Source of the DNA: Mobula hypostoma
Lineage: Eukaryota
Reading direction: 5' to 3'
DNA: 64,000 nt
NCBI RefSeq assembly: GCF_963921235.1
Contig: NW_026948254.1
Span: 124,001-188,000 of the forward strand
Part shown: in pieces, positions 1 to 11,420 of the stretch
Layout of the letters: each line of letters starts with the position of its first letter
Position numbering within the stretch: position 1 is the first letter of the stretch
Position numbers and translations under genes: made by a program
The notes under the pieces: generated by a model
Told to the model about the DNA's origin: nothing
The model's database searches: none
The model's input: the letters and a program-made list of their open reading frames with translations, nothing else

Positions 1-1260
1 GAGATGGGTGAGGGAAGGGGAGGAAGGGGGTACGGGGAGAGGGAGGGGAGAGTCGGAAATGAGTGAGTGGAGGGAAGAGGGAAGAGGTGGGATTTGAGGG
101 AGATGGGGTGAGGGGAATGGGGAGGGAGAGGGGGGCACGGAGAGGGAAGGAAAAGTTGAGAATGAGTGCTGAGTAGAGGGAAGAGGAAGGAACTGGGATT
201 TGAGGGAGATGGGGTGAGGAGGATAGGGAGGACGAGGGAGGGGAGAGTCGGAAATCTGAGTGCAGTGGAGGGACGAGGTGGGGTTGGAGGGAGGAAGTGA
301 GTAAGGAGTGGAGGGTTGAAGGAGGAGAGTGGGATTTGAGGGAGATGGGGTGAGGGACGGGGAGGGAAGAAGGAGGGGAGGGGTGAGTGAGAAATGAGTA
401 AGGAGTGGTGGGAAGAGGGAGGGGTGGGACTCGAGTTAGGTGGGGTGAGGGGGAGGGGGAGGGGGAGAGTGCGAAGGAGTGGAGGGCAGAGGGGGGAGGT
501 GGGATTTGAGGGAGATGAGATGGATAGGGAGGAAGAGGGGGACTGAGAGGGAAGGGAGAGTCAGAAATGAGTAAGTGGAGTGGAGGGAGGAGGGGAATGA
601 GGGAGATGGGGTGAGGGAGGGGGAGGAAGAGTCGGAAATGAGTGAGTGGGGTGAAAAGGGAAGAGGTGGGATTTGAGGGAGATGGGGTGAAGATGATAGG
701 GGGAAGAGGGGAGATTGAGAAATGAGAACGGAGTGGAAGGAAGAGGGAGGAAGTGGGATTTCAGGGAGATGGGGTGAGGGGTATAGGGAGCAAGAGGGGA
801 GGGGAGAGTGAGAAGGAGCAGAGGGAAGAGGGAGGAGGTGGGATTTAAGGGGATAGGGTGGAAGAAAGTGGGGAGTGGAGGGAAGAGGGAGGGGTGGGAC
901 TTGAAGGGGGTAGGGAGGAAGAAGGGAGGGGGAGAGTGATCAGTGGCGGGCAGAGGGAGGAGGTGGGATTTGAGGGGGTAGGGAGGAAGAGGGGAGGGGG
1001 AGAGTGAGGAGTGGAGGGCAGAGGGAGGAGGTGGGATTTGAGGGGGTAGGGAGGAAGAGGGGGAGGGGGAGAGTGAGGAGTGGAAGGCAGAGGGAAGGGT
1101 GGGATTTAACGTGGGTTGGGAGGAAGAGGGGAGGTGGAGAGTGAGGAGTGGAGGGCAGAGGGAGCAGGTGGGATTTGAGTGGGGTGAGGGAATGGGGTGG
1201 ACGAGGAGGACGGGGAGAGGGGAGGCGGGTTGGAGGGGGCAGAAAATGAGTTACGGGATG
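1..1260. repeat. G-rich degenerate tandem repeat (~60-bp units containing GTGGGATTTGAGGG), G-quadruplex-prone
   Basis: Recurrent gtgggatttgaggg(ag/gg) motif and GGG tracts; almost no C on the + strand. Confidence 0.85.
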
Positions 1261-1305
1261 GAGGGAAGGCAGAGGAGGGGGATCTACGAGAGATGAGCCA
1301 CTTAC

Positions 1306-1680
1306 CCTTCGCACGGGACATGGAAGGGACGACCACCGGGGAGAGACGGTTCCCGTGAAAACTCGCTGTCGCTCGCCCCCCCGTGAAAAAGCGCGTTCGC
1401 TTACCTGCTGGTTCTCCGGCCCCTGGCTCGCCATCTCGTCCCGGGTGAGTCGCAGCCGCCGACGGTCAACCCGGCAGCCTCGGTGCGCTCGGAGTCGAGT
1501 GCGGGGCGGCGGACGCCGGACCGGGAGGGCGTTCCGACCGTCTGCGGGTGTTTCTGTGTGTGTGTGTGTATCTGTCACGGGACAGGCCGGGTCCCCGAGT
1601 GGGATATTTTCCACTTGTTTACCAGCGATCGCCTCTCTCCCCCTGGGGTTGACAACGGACTCGGGAGGAGGCTGGTAAAC
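1306..1680 (-). other. CpG-rich island with candidate short first coding exon(s) of an unidentified gene extending leftwards (MASQGPENQQ, 1434-1405)
   Basis: CpG-dense unique sequence; minus-strand acceptor cccgcag at 1542; ATG at 1434 followed by donor CAG|gtaagc at 1404; second donor AGG|gtaagt at 1305. Confidence 0.3.
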
Positions 1681-1819
1681 AGGGAGTCTCGAGGGAGCAG
1701 AGGTCAGGTCAGAGGGAGAGGGAGGGGGCGTCACGTTGAAAGAGAGAGATCACGGTGGGAGAGAGAGATCACGGTGTGAGAGAGAAAGGCTTTACACCGC
1801 TTACACTCCCCTGCAAACC

Positions 1820-2750
1820 CCCCCCCATCTCCGTCACCCCCACCCTCCCCTACACCCCTCCCCGTCTCCGCCACACCCTCCCTCCCCTACACCCCTCCCC
1901 GTCTCCGTCACCCCCTCCCTCCGCTACACCCCTCCCCGTCCCCCTCACTCTCTCCCTCCCCTACACCCCTCCCTGTCTCCGGCACCCCTCCCTCCCCTAC
2001 GCCCATCCCCGTCAACGGCACCCCCTCCCTCCCCTACACCCCTCCCCGTCGTCGTCACCCCCTCCCTCCCCTACACCCCTCCCCGTCGTCGTCACCCCCT
2101 CCCTCCCCTACACCCCTCCCCGTCGTCGTCACCCCCTCCCTCCCCTACACCCCTCCCCGTCTCCGTCACCCCCTCCCTCCCCTACACCCCTCCCCGTATC
2201 CGTCAGCCACTCACTCCCCTACAACCCTCACCGTCTCCGTCAGCCCCTCGCTCCCCTCCACCCCTCCCCGTTTCTGTCACCCCTTCCTCCCCTACACTCT
2301 TCAACGTCGCCGTCACCCCTCCCTCCCCTAAACCCCACCGCGTCTCCGTCACCTCCTCCCTCCCCTACATCCCTCCCCGTCTCCGCCACACCCTCCCTAC
2401 CCTACACCCCTCCCCCTCTCCGTCACCCCCTCCCTCCCCTACACCCCTCCCCGTCTCCGTCACCCCTCCCTCCCTACACCCCTCCCCGTCTCCGTCACCC
2501 CCTCCCTCCTCTACACCCCTCCCCGTCTCCGCCACACCCTCCCTCCCCTACACCCTCCCCGTCGTCGTCACACCCTCCCTCCCCTACACCCCTCCCCGTC
2601 GTCGTCACCTCCTCCCTCCCCTACACCCCTCCCCGTCTCCGTCACCCCTCCCTCCTCCTACACCCCTCCCCGTCTCCGTCACCCCCTCCCTCCCCCACAC
2701 CCCACCCCCGTCGTCGTCACCTCCTCCCTCCCCTACACCCCTCCCCGTCT
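1820..2750. repeat. C-rich minisatellite, ~37-bp unit (cctccctcccctacacccctccccgtc(t/g)(c/t)cgtcacc), ~25 copies
   Basis: Direct tandem periodicity of 37 bp (e.g. 2061 vs 2098). Confidence 0.92.
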
Positions 2751-4624
2751 AGAGGGAAGAGAATCAGAGAGAGAGGCGAGAGAGAGAAAGTGATGGAGAG
2801 CAGGAGGAAGTCAAAACGGAGAGAGTGAAGGAAGTGGGATGGGAGAGAGAGAGAAAGAAGGTGAAAATGGAGAGCGAAGAGTGAAAGTGGGAAGTGAAAG
2901 GGAGGAGGGATAGAGAGAAAGGGGCAAGAGAGAAGATAAGAGGGGAACTGAGAGAGGAAATGGAGAGGAGGATAGAGAGAGAAAGAAAGTGGAAAGGGAT
3001 AGAGTGGAGAGAGTTGACGGGGGGAAGTCGAAACGGAGCGAGTGCAAAGGCAGAGGAGCAGGGAAAGAGGGGAGGAAGAGAGAGGCGGAGAGAGGAAATG
3101 GAAAGTGAGGGAAAGACAAGACAGGGACAGAGAGGGGCAGAGACAGAGAGAGAGAAACAGAGGGAAGAGACTGAGAGAGGTGAGAGACAGACGGAGTTGA
3201 GAGAGAGGGAGGTGTTAGACAGAGAGAGGTGACAGACAAAGAGAGAGAGCTGAGAGAGAGACAGAGAGAGGGAGAAAGTGGAAAAGAGATAGGGGAGGGA
3301 GAGTGAGAGAAAGAGAGAGTGACGGAAAGGAAAGAGACTGGAAATAGAGGGCAGCGAGAGAGTGAGGAGTGAGTGTGAGAGTGAGTGAACGTAGCAAGGC
3401 AGAAGGGAGATCGGAGGGAGACAGAGGGAGAGGGAGTGATGGAGAGAGGTGAGAAACGGAATGAAATGTAAGGAGAGAGAGAGGGACGGAAAGGAGAAGG
3501 GGAGAGACAGAGCGAGAGAGAGGGAGAACGTGGAAAGGGAGAAGTAGAGGGAGACAGAGACAGCGAGAGAGAAAGGAGATAGAGACAGAGGATGGAAGGA
3601 GGTAGCAGCAGAGAGAAAGCGGAAATGTAGAGGAGCGAGTGAGAGAGAGAACGTGAAAACAGAGGGAGGGAGAGAGGGATGGAAAGAGAGAAGCCGGAGA
3701 GAGAGAGGGGGAGAGGAGTTGGAAAGGAAGGGGAGAGATAGAGAGAGAGGAGAGCGAGAGAGGTGAAATGGGAGAAGGGACAGCTGGAGAGGGGAAGAAA
3801 GAAAATAGAGAGGGAGAAGGGGTGGAGATAGACAGAGAGAGGAAGAGTGGTAAGGGAGAGGAGAGAGTCAGAGAGAAAGTGAAAAGGGAGAAGGACGAGT
3901 GAGAGAGGTGGAAGAAAGTGAAAAGGGAGAGAGGGAGGGGAAACAAAGGAAAGGAGAGGGAGGCGGAAAGGACGGAGGAGAGACGGGTGGAGAGAGAACT
4001 GGAAAGGGAGGGGGCGAGTGACGGGGACGAGGATGAAGGGGAAAAGTTGAAAAGGATGGCAGCGAGTGAGAAGGGGGGAGAGAGAGAGTGGAAAGGGAGA
4101 TGCGGGTTGGTCGTCCCAGGGATGGAAAGAGAAGTGGGAAAGAGATAGGGGAGAGACAGGGGAAGTGAAAATGGAGGCGAGACGGGGAGACCCAGAGGGG
4201 GAGAGAGAGACGGGGAGCGTGAGAGGGCCAAGACAGAAAAGACAGGAGCGGACAGAGGCAGAGGGAGAAGGTGTAGAGGAGGGATGAAGAAAAGGGGGAG
4301 AGATGGAGATCAGGGAAAAGGGAGGGGAAAGAGAGAGAGGGAACAGTCGGAGAAAGAGGGAGGAAGAGGAGGAACAGAAATGTGAGAGATGGCGGGTGAG
4401 AGACACGGCGATGGGGGATAAAGAGAGGGGGAAAGAGAGAGGGGGAGGGAGGGAGAGAAGAGGGGCAAGTAGTGAGAGGAAAGGAGAGAGAGAAGAGGGG
4501 AAGGAGAGACAGAGAGAAGGGGTGAAGGAGTGAGTGAGAAAGGGGAAGGAGAGAGAGCGAAGGGAGAGGAGAGAGAGAGGGGGAAGGAGAGAGAAAGCAG
4601 AAGGAGAGAGAGGGGGAAGAAGAA

Positions 4625-4669
<45 letters not shown>

Positions 4670-4690
4670 GTGAGAGAGAGAGAGAAAACA
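2750..4690. repeat. GA-rich low-complexity polypurine tract
   Basis: Almost exclusively G/A on the + strand, ending in (GA)n. Confidence 0.9.
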
Positions 4691-4956
4691 CGAAAGGTGT
4701 ATGGTAAAGCTCCCGGTGTGGGATAAGGAGACCGGGAACTGTAGTGTCAGACTCGCAATTCTGAGCAGATACAACTCCCTCCTCCTGCCCTCCTCGCGGC
4801 CTCTCACAACTCACCACGCTCCCTCTCCTTATCCTTTTCCTCAGCCCTCCCTCCCTATCGCCCCTCACCTCCCCCTCCGCCCCTCTCCCACACACAGTCC
4901 CTCGTTGCCGCCCCCTACTCGCTGACCCGCCTCTGCCCGAGGGGAACCGCACTCAC

Positions 4957-5076
4957 AGTGACGCCGGTCCGCCAGGGGGCGCCGATCAGCATGGCGTGAC
5001 CCAGCCGCCAGCGGGCGGTGAAGAGGATGCGCAGGCCGAGCAGAGCGCTGGAGATCCCCGAGGCCATTTGTCCGAA
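4957..5076 (-). CDS. Internal coding exon (120 nt, phase 0-0) of an MS4A/TMEM176 (CD20-domain)-like membrane protein: FGQMASGISSALLGLRILFTARWRLGHAMLIGAPWRTGVT
   Basis: Acceptor ccccgcag| and donor |gtgagt; translation resembles MS4A TM1 (Q-x-x-x-G) through the G-x-P-W-x-x-G start of TM2; not in the ORF track because the exon does not begin with its own start codon. Confidence 0.6.
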
Positions 5077-5691
5077 CTGCGGGGCAGAGACAGGGAGGGG
5101 AGGAGACAGGGAGAAGGGGTGAGAGAGAGCGGAGGGAGAGAGGGGGGAGGGAGGGGTTGAGACGTGCGCAAGAGGAGAGCGAAAGGGAGGGGGAGGGCGG
5201 TAGGGAGGTGAGGAGAGAGGGATGGTGGGAGAGAGAGGTGAAGGAGAGGCGGGAAAGAGGGGTAGTGGGTGAGAAGGAGAAGGTGGGGATGGTGGCAGAG
5301 AGGGGGAAAGAGTGGGGACAGAGTGAGATAGAGGGGGTGAGAGGGGGAAGACAGAGCAGCAAATAGTGCAGGGTCATTCGGCTACAAAGTAGGGCCGACT
5401 CTCATCCCTTGTGTCCACAAAATGCCCACAGTCATCAATTTTTCATCCATTCAGTACAGGGGGACCTCAGCGTATGAGAGTCGGACACGCACCGTGAACG
5501 GTGGGGGGTGTCGAGGGACAGAGGGACCTCGGTGTATGAAGGTAGGACAAACACTGTAAATGATGGGGAGTGTCGAGGGACGGAGGGTCCTTTTTATCCG
5601 AGGGTAGTACACCCTTCGTGAACGGTGGGGTTTATCCCTTCCCTCCCCCCGATATCGGCAGAAACCCGCGGCGGATCCCTGGCCCAGCCAC

Positions 5692-5880
5692 CGCCAGGTT
5701 TCTCAGCTTCCTCATGGTCGCCTCCCTCTCCGCCTCGGCCGCCTCTTCCTCGAGGCCGGGGATCAGGTAGGTCCCCGGCGGGAGCTGCGCGCTGGCGTAG
5801 GACGGCGGAAACCCCGGGATCTGGCACAGCGGCTCCGTCACCAGGATCGGCGTGTCCGCCTTCGCCGGGATCGGCGTCAT
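5692..5880 (-). CDS. First coding exon (63 codons) of the same MS4A/TMEM176-like gene: MTPIPAKADTP...PPSY...REATMRKLRNLA
   Basis: Pyrimidine tract plus cag acceptor just upstream of ATG 5880; GC-rich open frame; weak donor GCG|gtggct joins in frame to exon 4957-5076. Confidence 0.5.
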
Positions 5881-5971
5881 GGAGAGAGGCTGGGGGAGGA
5901 AGAAGAGGGTTTTGACTGGTTACTGTCCGTTAAATCCTCCCTCAATCCATCTTATATTCCCCTCCCCGTGT

Positions 5972-6725
5972 CATAGATCATAGAACATAGACCAGTACAG
6001 CACAGGAACAGGCCATTCGGCCCACAATGTTGTGCTGACCCAGCTAAAAAGCAGATCAAAAACACCCAAACACTAATCCCTCCTCTCTACACCGTCCTTA
6101 TCCCTTCATCTTCCTTACATCCACGTTCCTATCCAAACATCTCCTAAAAGCCTCTAATGTATTTGCCTCCACCATCAAAGCATTGCAGGACCACCACTCA
6201 CAGAGTAAAATATTTATCCTCACATCCCTCTTGAACCTACCCCCTCTCACCTTCGATGCCTGCCCTCTGGGATTAGACATTTCAACCCTGGGAAACAGAT
6301 ACACTCTGTCCACTCTATCTACGCCTCTCATAATCTTATAAACTTCTATCAGATCTCCCCTCGGCCTCCGGCGCTCCGGAAAACCGACCCAAGTTTACCC
6401 GGCCCCTCCTGAGAGCACATGCCCTCTAAACCGGGCAGCGTCCTGGTGAACCTAGACTGCAGCCTCTCCGAAGCCTCAGCATTTTCCTGTGGTGGGACGA
6501 TCAGAACTGTACACAATACTCCAGGTGTGGCCTAACCAGAGTTTGATAAGGTTGCAATATAACCTCCTGAATTTTGAACTCAAAGCCTCGACTAATACAA
6601 GCAAGGATCCCGTAGGCCTTCATAACCACCTAATCGACCTTTGTCGCCGCTTTCGAGGAGCCATGAACTTGGATTGCAAGGTCTCTCTGCTCAGCGACAC
6701 TGTGAAGGATCTTGCTCTTAACAGT
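5972..6725 (-). mobile_element. CR1 LINE 3' fragment (RT C-terminus and 3' UTR)
   Basis: Degenerate L.RP.LEYCVQFWSP, RGH..K..G.RF motifs; short-repeat tail at 5972-5990. Confidence 0.85.
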
Positions 6726-7067
6726 CAACATTAAACACTCCATCACTCGAATATCTCTCCCATTTTGCCCCCTCAACCCTCTCTGAATCCACTCTAATAT
6801 CTCCCCAGCTGCGTCGTCTAGGCATTCCTTATCTGCTCTAAAATCCCCCTGCTCTGAGTCCTCTGAACACCCCGCGAATCTGCTTTCTCATCCACAATTC
6901 TCCGCCTCCTGATCTTTGAAGTCCCTGCAATATCACCCTGTGACAGACGCCTGTAACCTCTTCCTTAATAGTCTGTAATATTGGCCGCACTCTTACCCCC
7001 CAATTCTCCCTGAATCGCCCAGTTACTCCCTCTACTGAGCCTGAAAGCCTGCCTGAAACTCCAGGTT

Positions 7068-7500
7068 AGACCATAAGACATAGGAGAAGAATTGGGCAAT
7101 TCCACCGTGGCTGATTTACACTCCCTCTCGACACCATTCTCATGCCTTCTCCCCGTAACCCTTAACCCGATAACTAATCAAGAATTTATCAACCTCCACT
7201 TTAAGTATACCCAACGACTTTGTCTCCACAGCCGCCCGTGGTAATGAAATCCACAGATTCACCAGCCATTTGCAAAATAAATTCCTCCTCATCTCTGTTC
7301 TAAGTGAAAGTCTGAGGCTGTGTGCTCTGGACTTAGACAAGCCCAACACAGTAAACATCCTCTCCACATCCACTCTCTCTGTGCCTTCTGATCCTAGACT
7401 CCTCCACTATAAGGAACATCCTCTCCACATCCACGCCATCTGTGTCCTCTGGTCCTAGACTCCCGCACTATAGGAAACATCCTCTCCACATCCATCTGTC
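7068..7500 (-). mobile_element. CR1 LINE 3' end with an internal ~55-bp triplication
   Basis: ORF 7140-7373 (RTEMRRN.F...VNLW.SLP..AVE) is CR1 ORF2 C-terminus; tail agaccataagacatagg. Confidence 0.85.
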
Positions 7501-7594
7501 GATTTCATCCATCAGGCGAATCAGCTGTTTTGCTCTTTGTAGTTTCGGAATGAACATAATGGGTCCCAAGGAGTAATTCCCTTGGCTGTTTATC

Positions 7595-7870
7595 CCGGTG
7601 AGGTGAAATTGGGTGATGTGGGGTATTATGAGGTCGGGTTTTATTGTTCCCGCGAGGTGAAATTAGTTGATGTGAGAATTATGAGGACGGGTTTTATTTT
7701 TTTCTGGCATTCCAGGCGATGTGAAATTGGGCGATGTGGAGAATTAGTGGACGTTTTTTTTTCTGACGTTCCAGGCTGAGTGAAATTGGGCGATTTGGGA
7801 ATGATGAGGGCGGGTTTTATTTTTCCTGGCCAGGTGAAATTTGGCGATGTGGAGAATTATCAGGACGCCA
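7595..7870. repeat. Degenerate ~58-bp tandem repeat (ggtgaaattgggcgatgtggagaattatgagg...)
   Basis: About five imperfect copies. Confidence 0.7.
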
Positions 7871-8189
7871 GGATGATCCAATGCAATTTGATGAATCTCG
7901 ATGTCTGTGAAAATTCATGGCAATTAAAAAAAAATAACGTGGACAAAAGGAATGTAGGGAAACGAAATGCTACCAAAATAGCGATTTGCATAATATACTG
8001 GAAATTCCTCGTGTGCCAATTCTCAGGTCACTTGCAACACTGTCCACTGTTCACGTGTAAATAGGGCAGCCAGTTAGATTCAGAGATGATCAGTTGATAT
8101 TCTCAGCAAGTAACTTTTATCCCACTGTCAGAGTAATGTTTTCCTACTCCAGCTTCGTCTCGACATTATGAGGCAAAAATTGGTGTATC

Positions 8190-8478
8190 GTGTGCAACTT
8201 GTGCTCCTTGCTTAAGAAATGCCTACTCGCAATAGAGGAATGTTCACCCTCTTGGCTTCTGACGTGGCGGGACTGTGACGGGAATTGGATTACGTGGACT
8301 GGACGCTCTGTCACCAAGCTGCTTCATTCAAACAATGACCTGAGCATTCATTCACACTGAGCAAGATAAAAGATTTACAAATATTGCAGATAATCTCCAT
8401 CTGAATCCACATGGTCGGCACAACATTGTGGGCCGAAGGGCCTGTAATGCGCTGTAGAGTTCTATGATTCTATGATTG
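8190..8478 (+). mobile_element. Old CR1 3' remnant
   Basis: gggccgaagggcctgt 3' UTR motif and ttctatgattctatgat tail. Confidence 0.6.
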
Positions 8479-8744
8479 ACTGTCTGGGTGCAGGGAATAT
8501 GTATCCTGCACCGTGCAGTCGAGGCCGATGAGGCAAAATTTCAGAAGAATAAATACACTGCTCACGACGGATATCAGACGAAACTCCTTAATGCTCGTGA
8601 TTGTTGAATCATTGGATTCCGATAGCTGTGAATCTGAGGTTAACAGTAACTCAACCTTACCCTTGATGGATAGTGGAGGACGATTAAGTTGGGGGTGCCT
8701 GATTGCGAATCATATTTTTATGTCATTCGTTTCTCTTTCTCCAG

Positions 8745-9625
8745 TGAATTTAGTGGCGGTTGTCATCCTGTCCCGGGGAAAGTGCGGTCTCTCCTGCACC
8801 ACACGGTACCCGGTGGGAATGGCAGCGGGGGATCTACTGGTCATTATCACTGAGGTCGTTTTGTATCAACTCAATAATCACTATTTTCCCGTTTGTTTCC
8901 TGAACGTCGCCTCTGTGTGCACTGTTCTCCGTGTCCTGTCCCGCGTTGCCGTGAACTGTTCCGTCTGGTTCACCGTCACTTTCACCTCCGATCGGTTTGT
9001 TGCCATTTGCTGTCAGAAACTGAAAACAAAGTACTGCCCGGGGAGAGCGGCGGCCGTGGTTCCAGCGCCATCTAGCGGTCTGTTCTGTCTGAAAACCGGC
9101 TCACTCTACTACACTAACAACATACCATGGTTGTATTATCCGAAGCCAAGTTACTTCACTGAACCGGCGTGGGTGGCGTATGACTGGTTTGACATCATTT
9201 AAACTCTGTTCTTCCCATTCGGGGGGATTCTGCTGCTCAACGCTCTGACAGTCTCACATTTCAGTGGTCAGTCGGGTCCGGAGGGGTCTGAGGGGTCAGA
9301 GCAAGGGGGTAAACAGCAGTGACCCGGAGATGGAGAGCGGGAAGAGGCCTGTGATTTTACTCTTCACCCTCTCCGGCAGCTTCATCCTCCTGTGGCTGAC
9401 GAATGTTGCAGAATTTATCTGTTATCACAACACCGGGATAGGAACACAGGGTATGATTCGGAAATTATTTTCGCCTATGCCGGATGTTTGCTAAGGAACT
9501 TCAGCTGCTGCACGAACACATTCATTTACGCCGCCACTCAGTCCAGATTCCGGGAGCAGGTGAAAAGCGTGGTGAAATATCCGTTCATTTCAGTACTCCG
9601 GTTCATTAACAGAGCAGCCCCCTAA
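8745..9625 (+). pseudogene. gpr139-like: GPR139-like class A GPCR pseudogene (copy A, exon 2 only)
   Basis: Acceptor ttctccag|TG AAT TTA; VNLVAVVILSRGKCGLS...SDRF...SDPEMES...CCTNTFIY...SRFR; in-frame TAA at 9200-9202, frameshifts near 9260 and 9450, deletions; no exon 1 found. Confidence 0.88.
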
Positions 9626-9866
9626 GGAAGCACAAACCTGATCACAGTCAGACCCGCTTCTCCCGACTTCTATCCTCTCTTCCCTAAGGTGACGCAGCTG
9701 GCTGAATATCGACGGACCGTATAGCTACGATGTCCATACAGTAAGCATTGTCACTCTCTTTCGACCGCACGTCTGGGAACGTGAAACTGTATATCCACTT
9801 CCATCGGATTCTCAGTCCCCAGGTCAATGTGTCAGGTGAATGACATCATCCTGCAGTCTCCGGGAA

Positions 9867-10110
9867 CAGTGACTCTCCCCCCACACTGCCCTCTGTCGGA
9901 GACCCCGTCCTCTCAGTGACCCTCCCCCCCACACTGCCCTCTGTCAGAGACCCCATCCTCTCAGTGACCCTCCCCCCACACTGCCCTCTGTCGGAGACTC
10001 CGTCCTCTCAGTGACCCTCCCCCCACACTGCCTTCTGTCGGAGACCCCGTCCTCTCAGTGACTCTCCCCCACACTGCCCTCCTTCGGATACTCTGAACTC
10101 TCAGTGACAA
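9867..10110. repeat. 47-bp minisatellite, ~5 copies (cagtgaccctccccccacactgccctctgtcggagaccccgtcctct)
   Basis: Unit starts at 9867, 9914, 9962, 10009, 10056, 10102. Confidence 0.92.
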
Positions 10111-10177
10111 TGAAGAGGTTCCACTTTCTCCTCAGTCCCCAGATACAGCGATTCTGTGTCCACAATTGAAAACAATA

Positions 10178-10790
10178 GAATCAGAATCAGAAGCAGGTTT
10201 ATGATCACCGGCATGTGACGTGAAATTTGTTAAATTACCAGCAGCAGTTCAATGCAATACATAATCTAGCAGAGAGAGAGAAAATAATAATAATACATGA
10301 AAAACATAATAAATAAACAAGTATATCAATTACGTATAGAGGGGATTTTTTTAAAGTATGCAAATACTGTATATTAAAAAAAAAGCTAGGTGGTGTCCAA
10401 TGCTTCAATGTCCATTTAGGAATCGGATGGCAGAGGGGAAGATGTTGTTCCTGAATCGCTGAGTGTGTGCCTTCAGGCTTCTGTACCTCCTCCCTGATGG
10501 TAACAGTGAGAAAAGGGCATTCTCTGGGAGCTGGAGGTCCTTAATAATGGACGCTGCCTTTCTGAGACACCGCTCCCTAAACATGTCCTGGGTACTTTGT
10601 AGTCCTGGGTACATCTTCGTCCCCAAGATAGAGCTGACTGGATTTACAACCTGCTGCATCTTCTATCGGTCCTGAGCAGTAGCCCCTCCATACCAGTGAT
10701 GCAGCCTGTCAGAATGCTCTCCACGGTACCACTATAGATGTTCCTGAGTGTATTTGTTGACATGCCAAATCCCTTCAACTCCCGATAAGA
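10178..10790 (-). mobile_element. Rex1/Babar-type LINE 3' fragment with (GATTCT)n tail
   Basis: ORF 10405-10659 (RKAASIIKD...LFSLLPSGRRYRSL..HT.RFRN..FP.AIR.LN); tail repeat at 10178-10195. Confidence 0.88.
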
Positions 10791-10974
10791 TAAAGTATAT
10801 TACCAATCAGAGTTACAAATTACAGCAATTCTCTAATATCTATAATGTCTGATGATGGTGGCCCTGCAGCCCTTCTTCCCGTTAAGTGTGACCAACCGAC
10901 CCTTGTACCAGGTGGTTGACACTACATCTGTTGTAGTGGTGACCATAACCCGTCCATCCAGTGGCGCAGAAACT

Positions 10975-11420
10975 CCGTTCATTGTTCCCGGTGGTTGTGA
11001 AGCCTCAGCCGTTGATCTATGTGGTGTTGAACCTGCATTAATTGTTCCCGGTGGTAGTGAAGCCTCAGCCATTGGTCCGTATGGTGTTGAACGTCCATCC
11101 AATGTTCCTTGTGTGAGTGACCAACAATCCATTGATCCCGCCGGGCTGACCATCAGTCCAATGTACCCGGTGGGGATGACCCAACGTCATTGATCCTTGT
11201 GGAGGGGGTGGGGTGACCAGACATCCAATTTTGCCGATGGAAGTTACCCTTCCATCCATTGATCCCGGTGAGGTGACGACCCATCCTTGTCTCCCGGTTC
11301 TGTGTCCCTACATCCATTGCTCTTGGAGGATTTGACCTTTCATCAATTATTCCCGGTGGAGGTGACGCTCCATCCACTCTTCCCTATGGATGTGACGCTT
11401 CATACACTGTTCCTGATAGA
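10975..11420. repeat. Degenerate 30-bp tandem repeat (10-codon period, S/T-P-P-G-T-M-D-G-like on the minus strand)
   Basis: ccattg(t/a)tcccggtgg recurring every 30 bp. Confidence 0.65.

Noticed and set aside
1736-2828. 338-aa and 357-aa Pro-rich 'extensin-like' ORFs
   Set aside because: Translations of a 37-bp minisatellite; the unit is not a multiple of 3 and several frames are open
2811-4952. 713-aa Leu/Ser/Pro/Phe-rich ORF and overlapping ORFs
   Set aside because: Polypyrimidine strand lacks stop codons by composition
9867-10110. CRISPR-like array or V(D)J recombination signals (cagtg/cactg motifs)
   Set aside because: Head-to-tail minisatellite with no unique spacers; no CACAGTG-12/23-ACAAAAACC arrangement and no Ig/TCR segments
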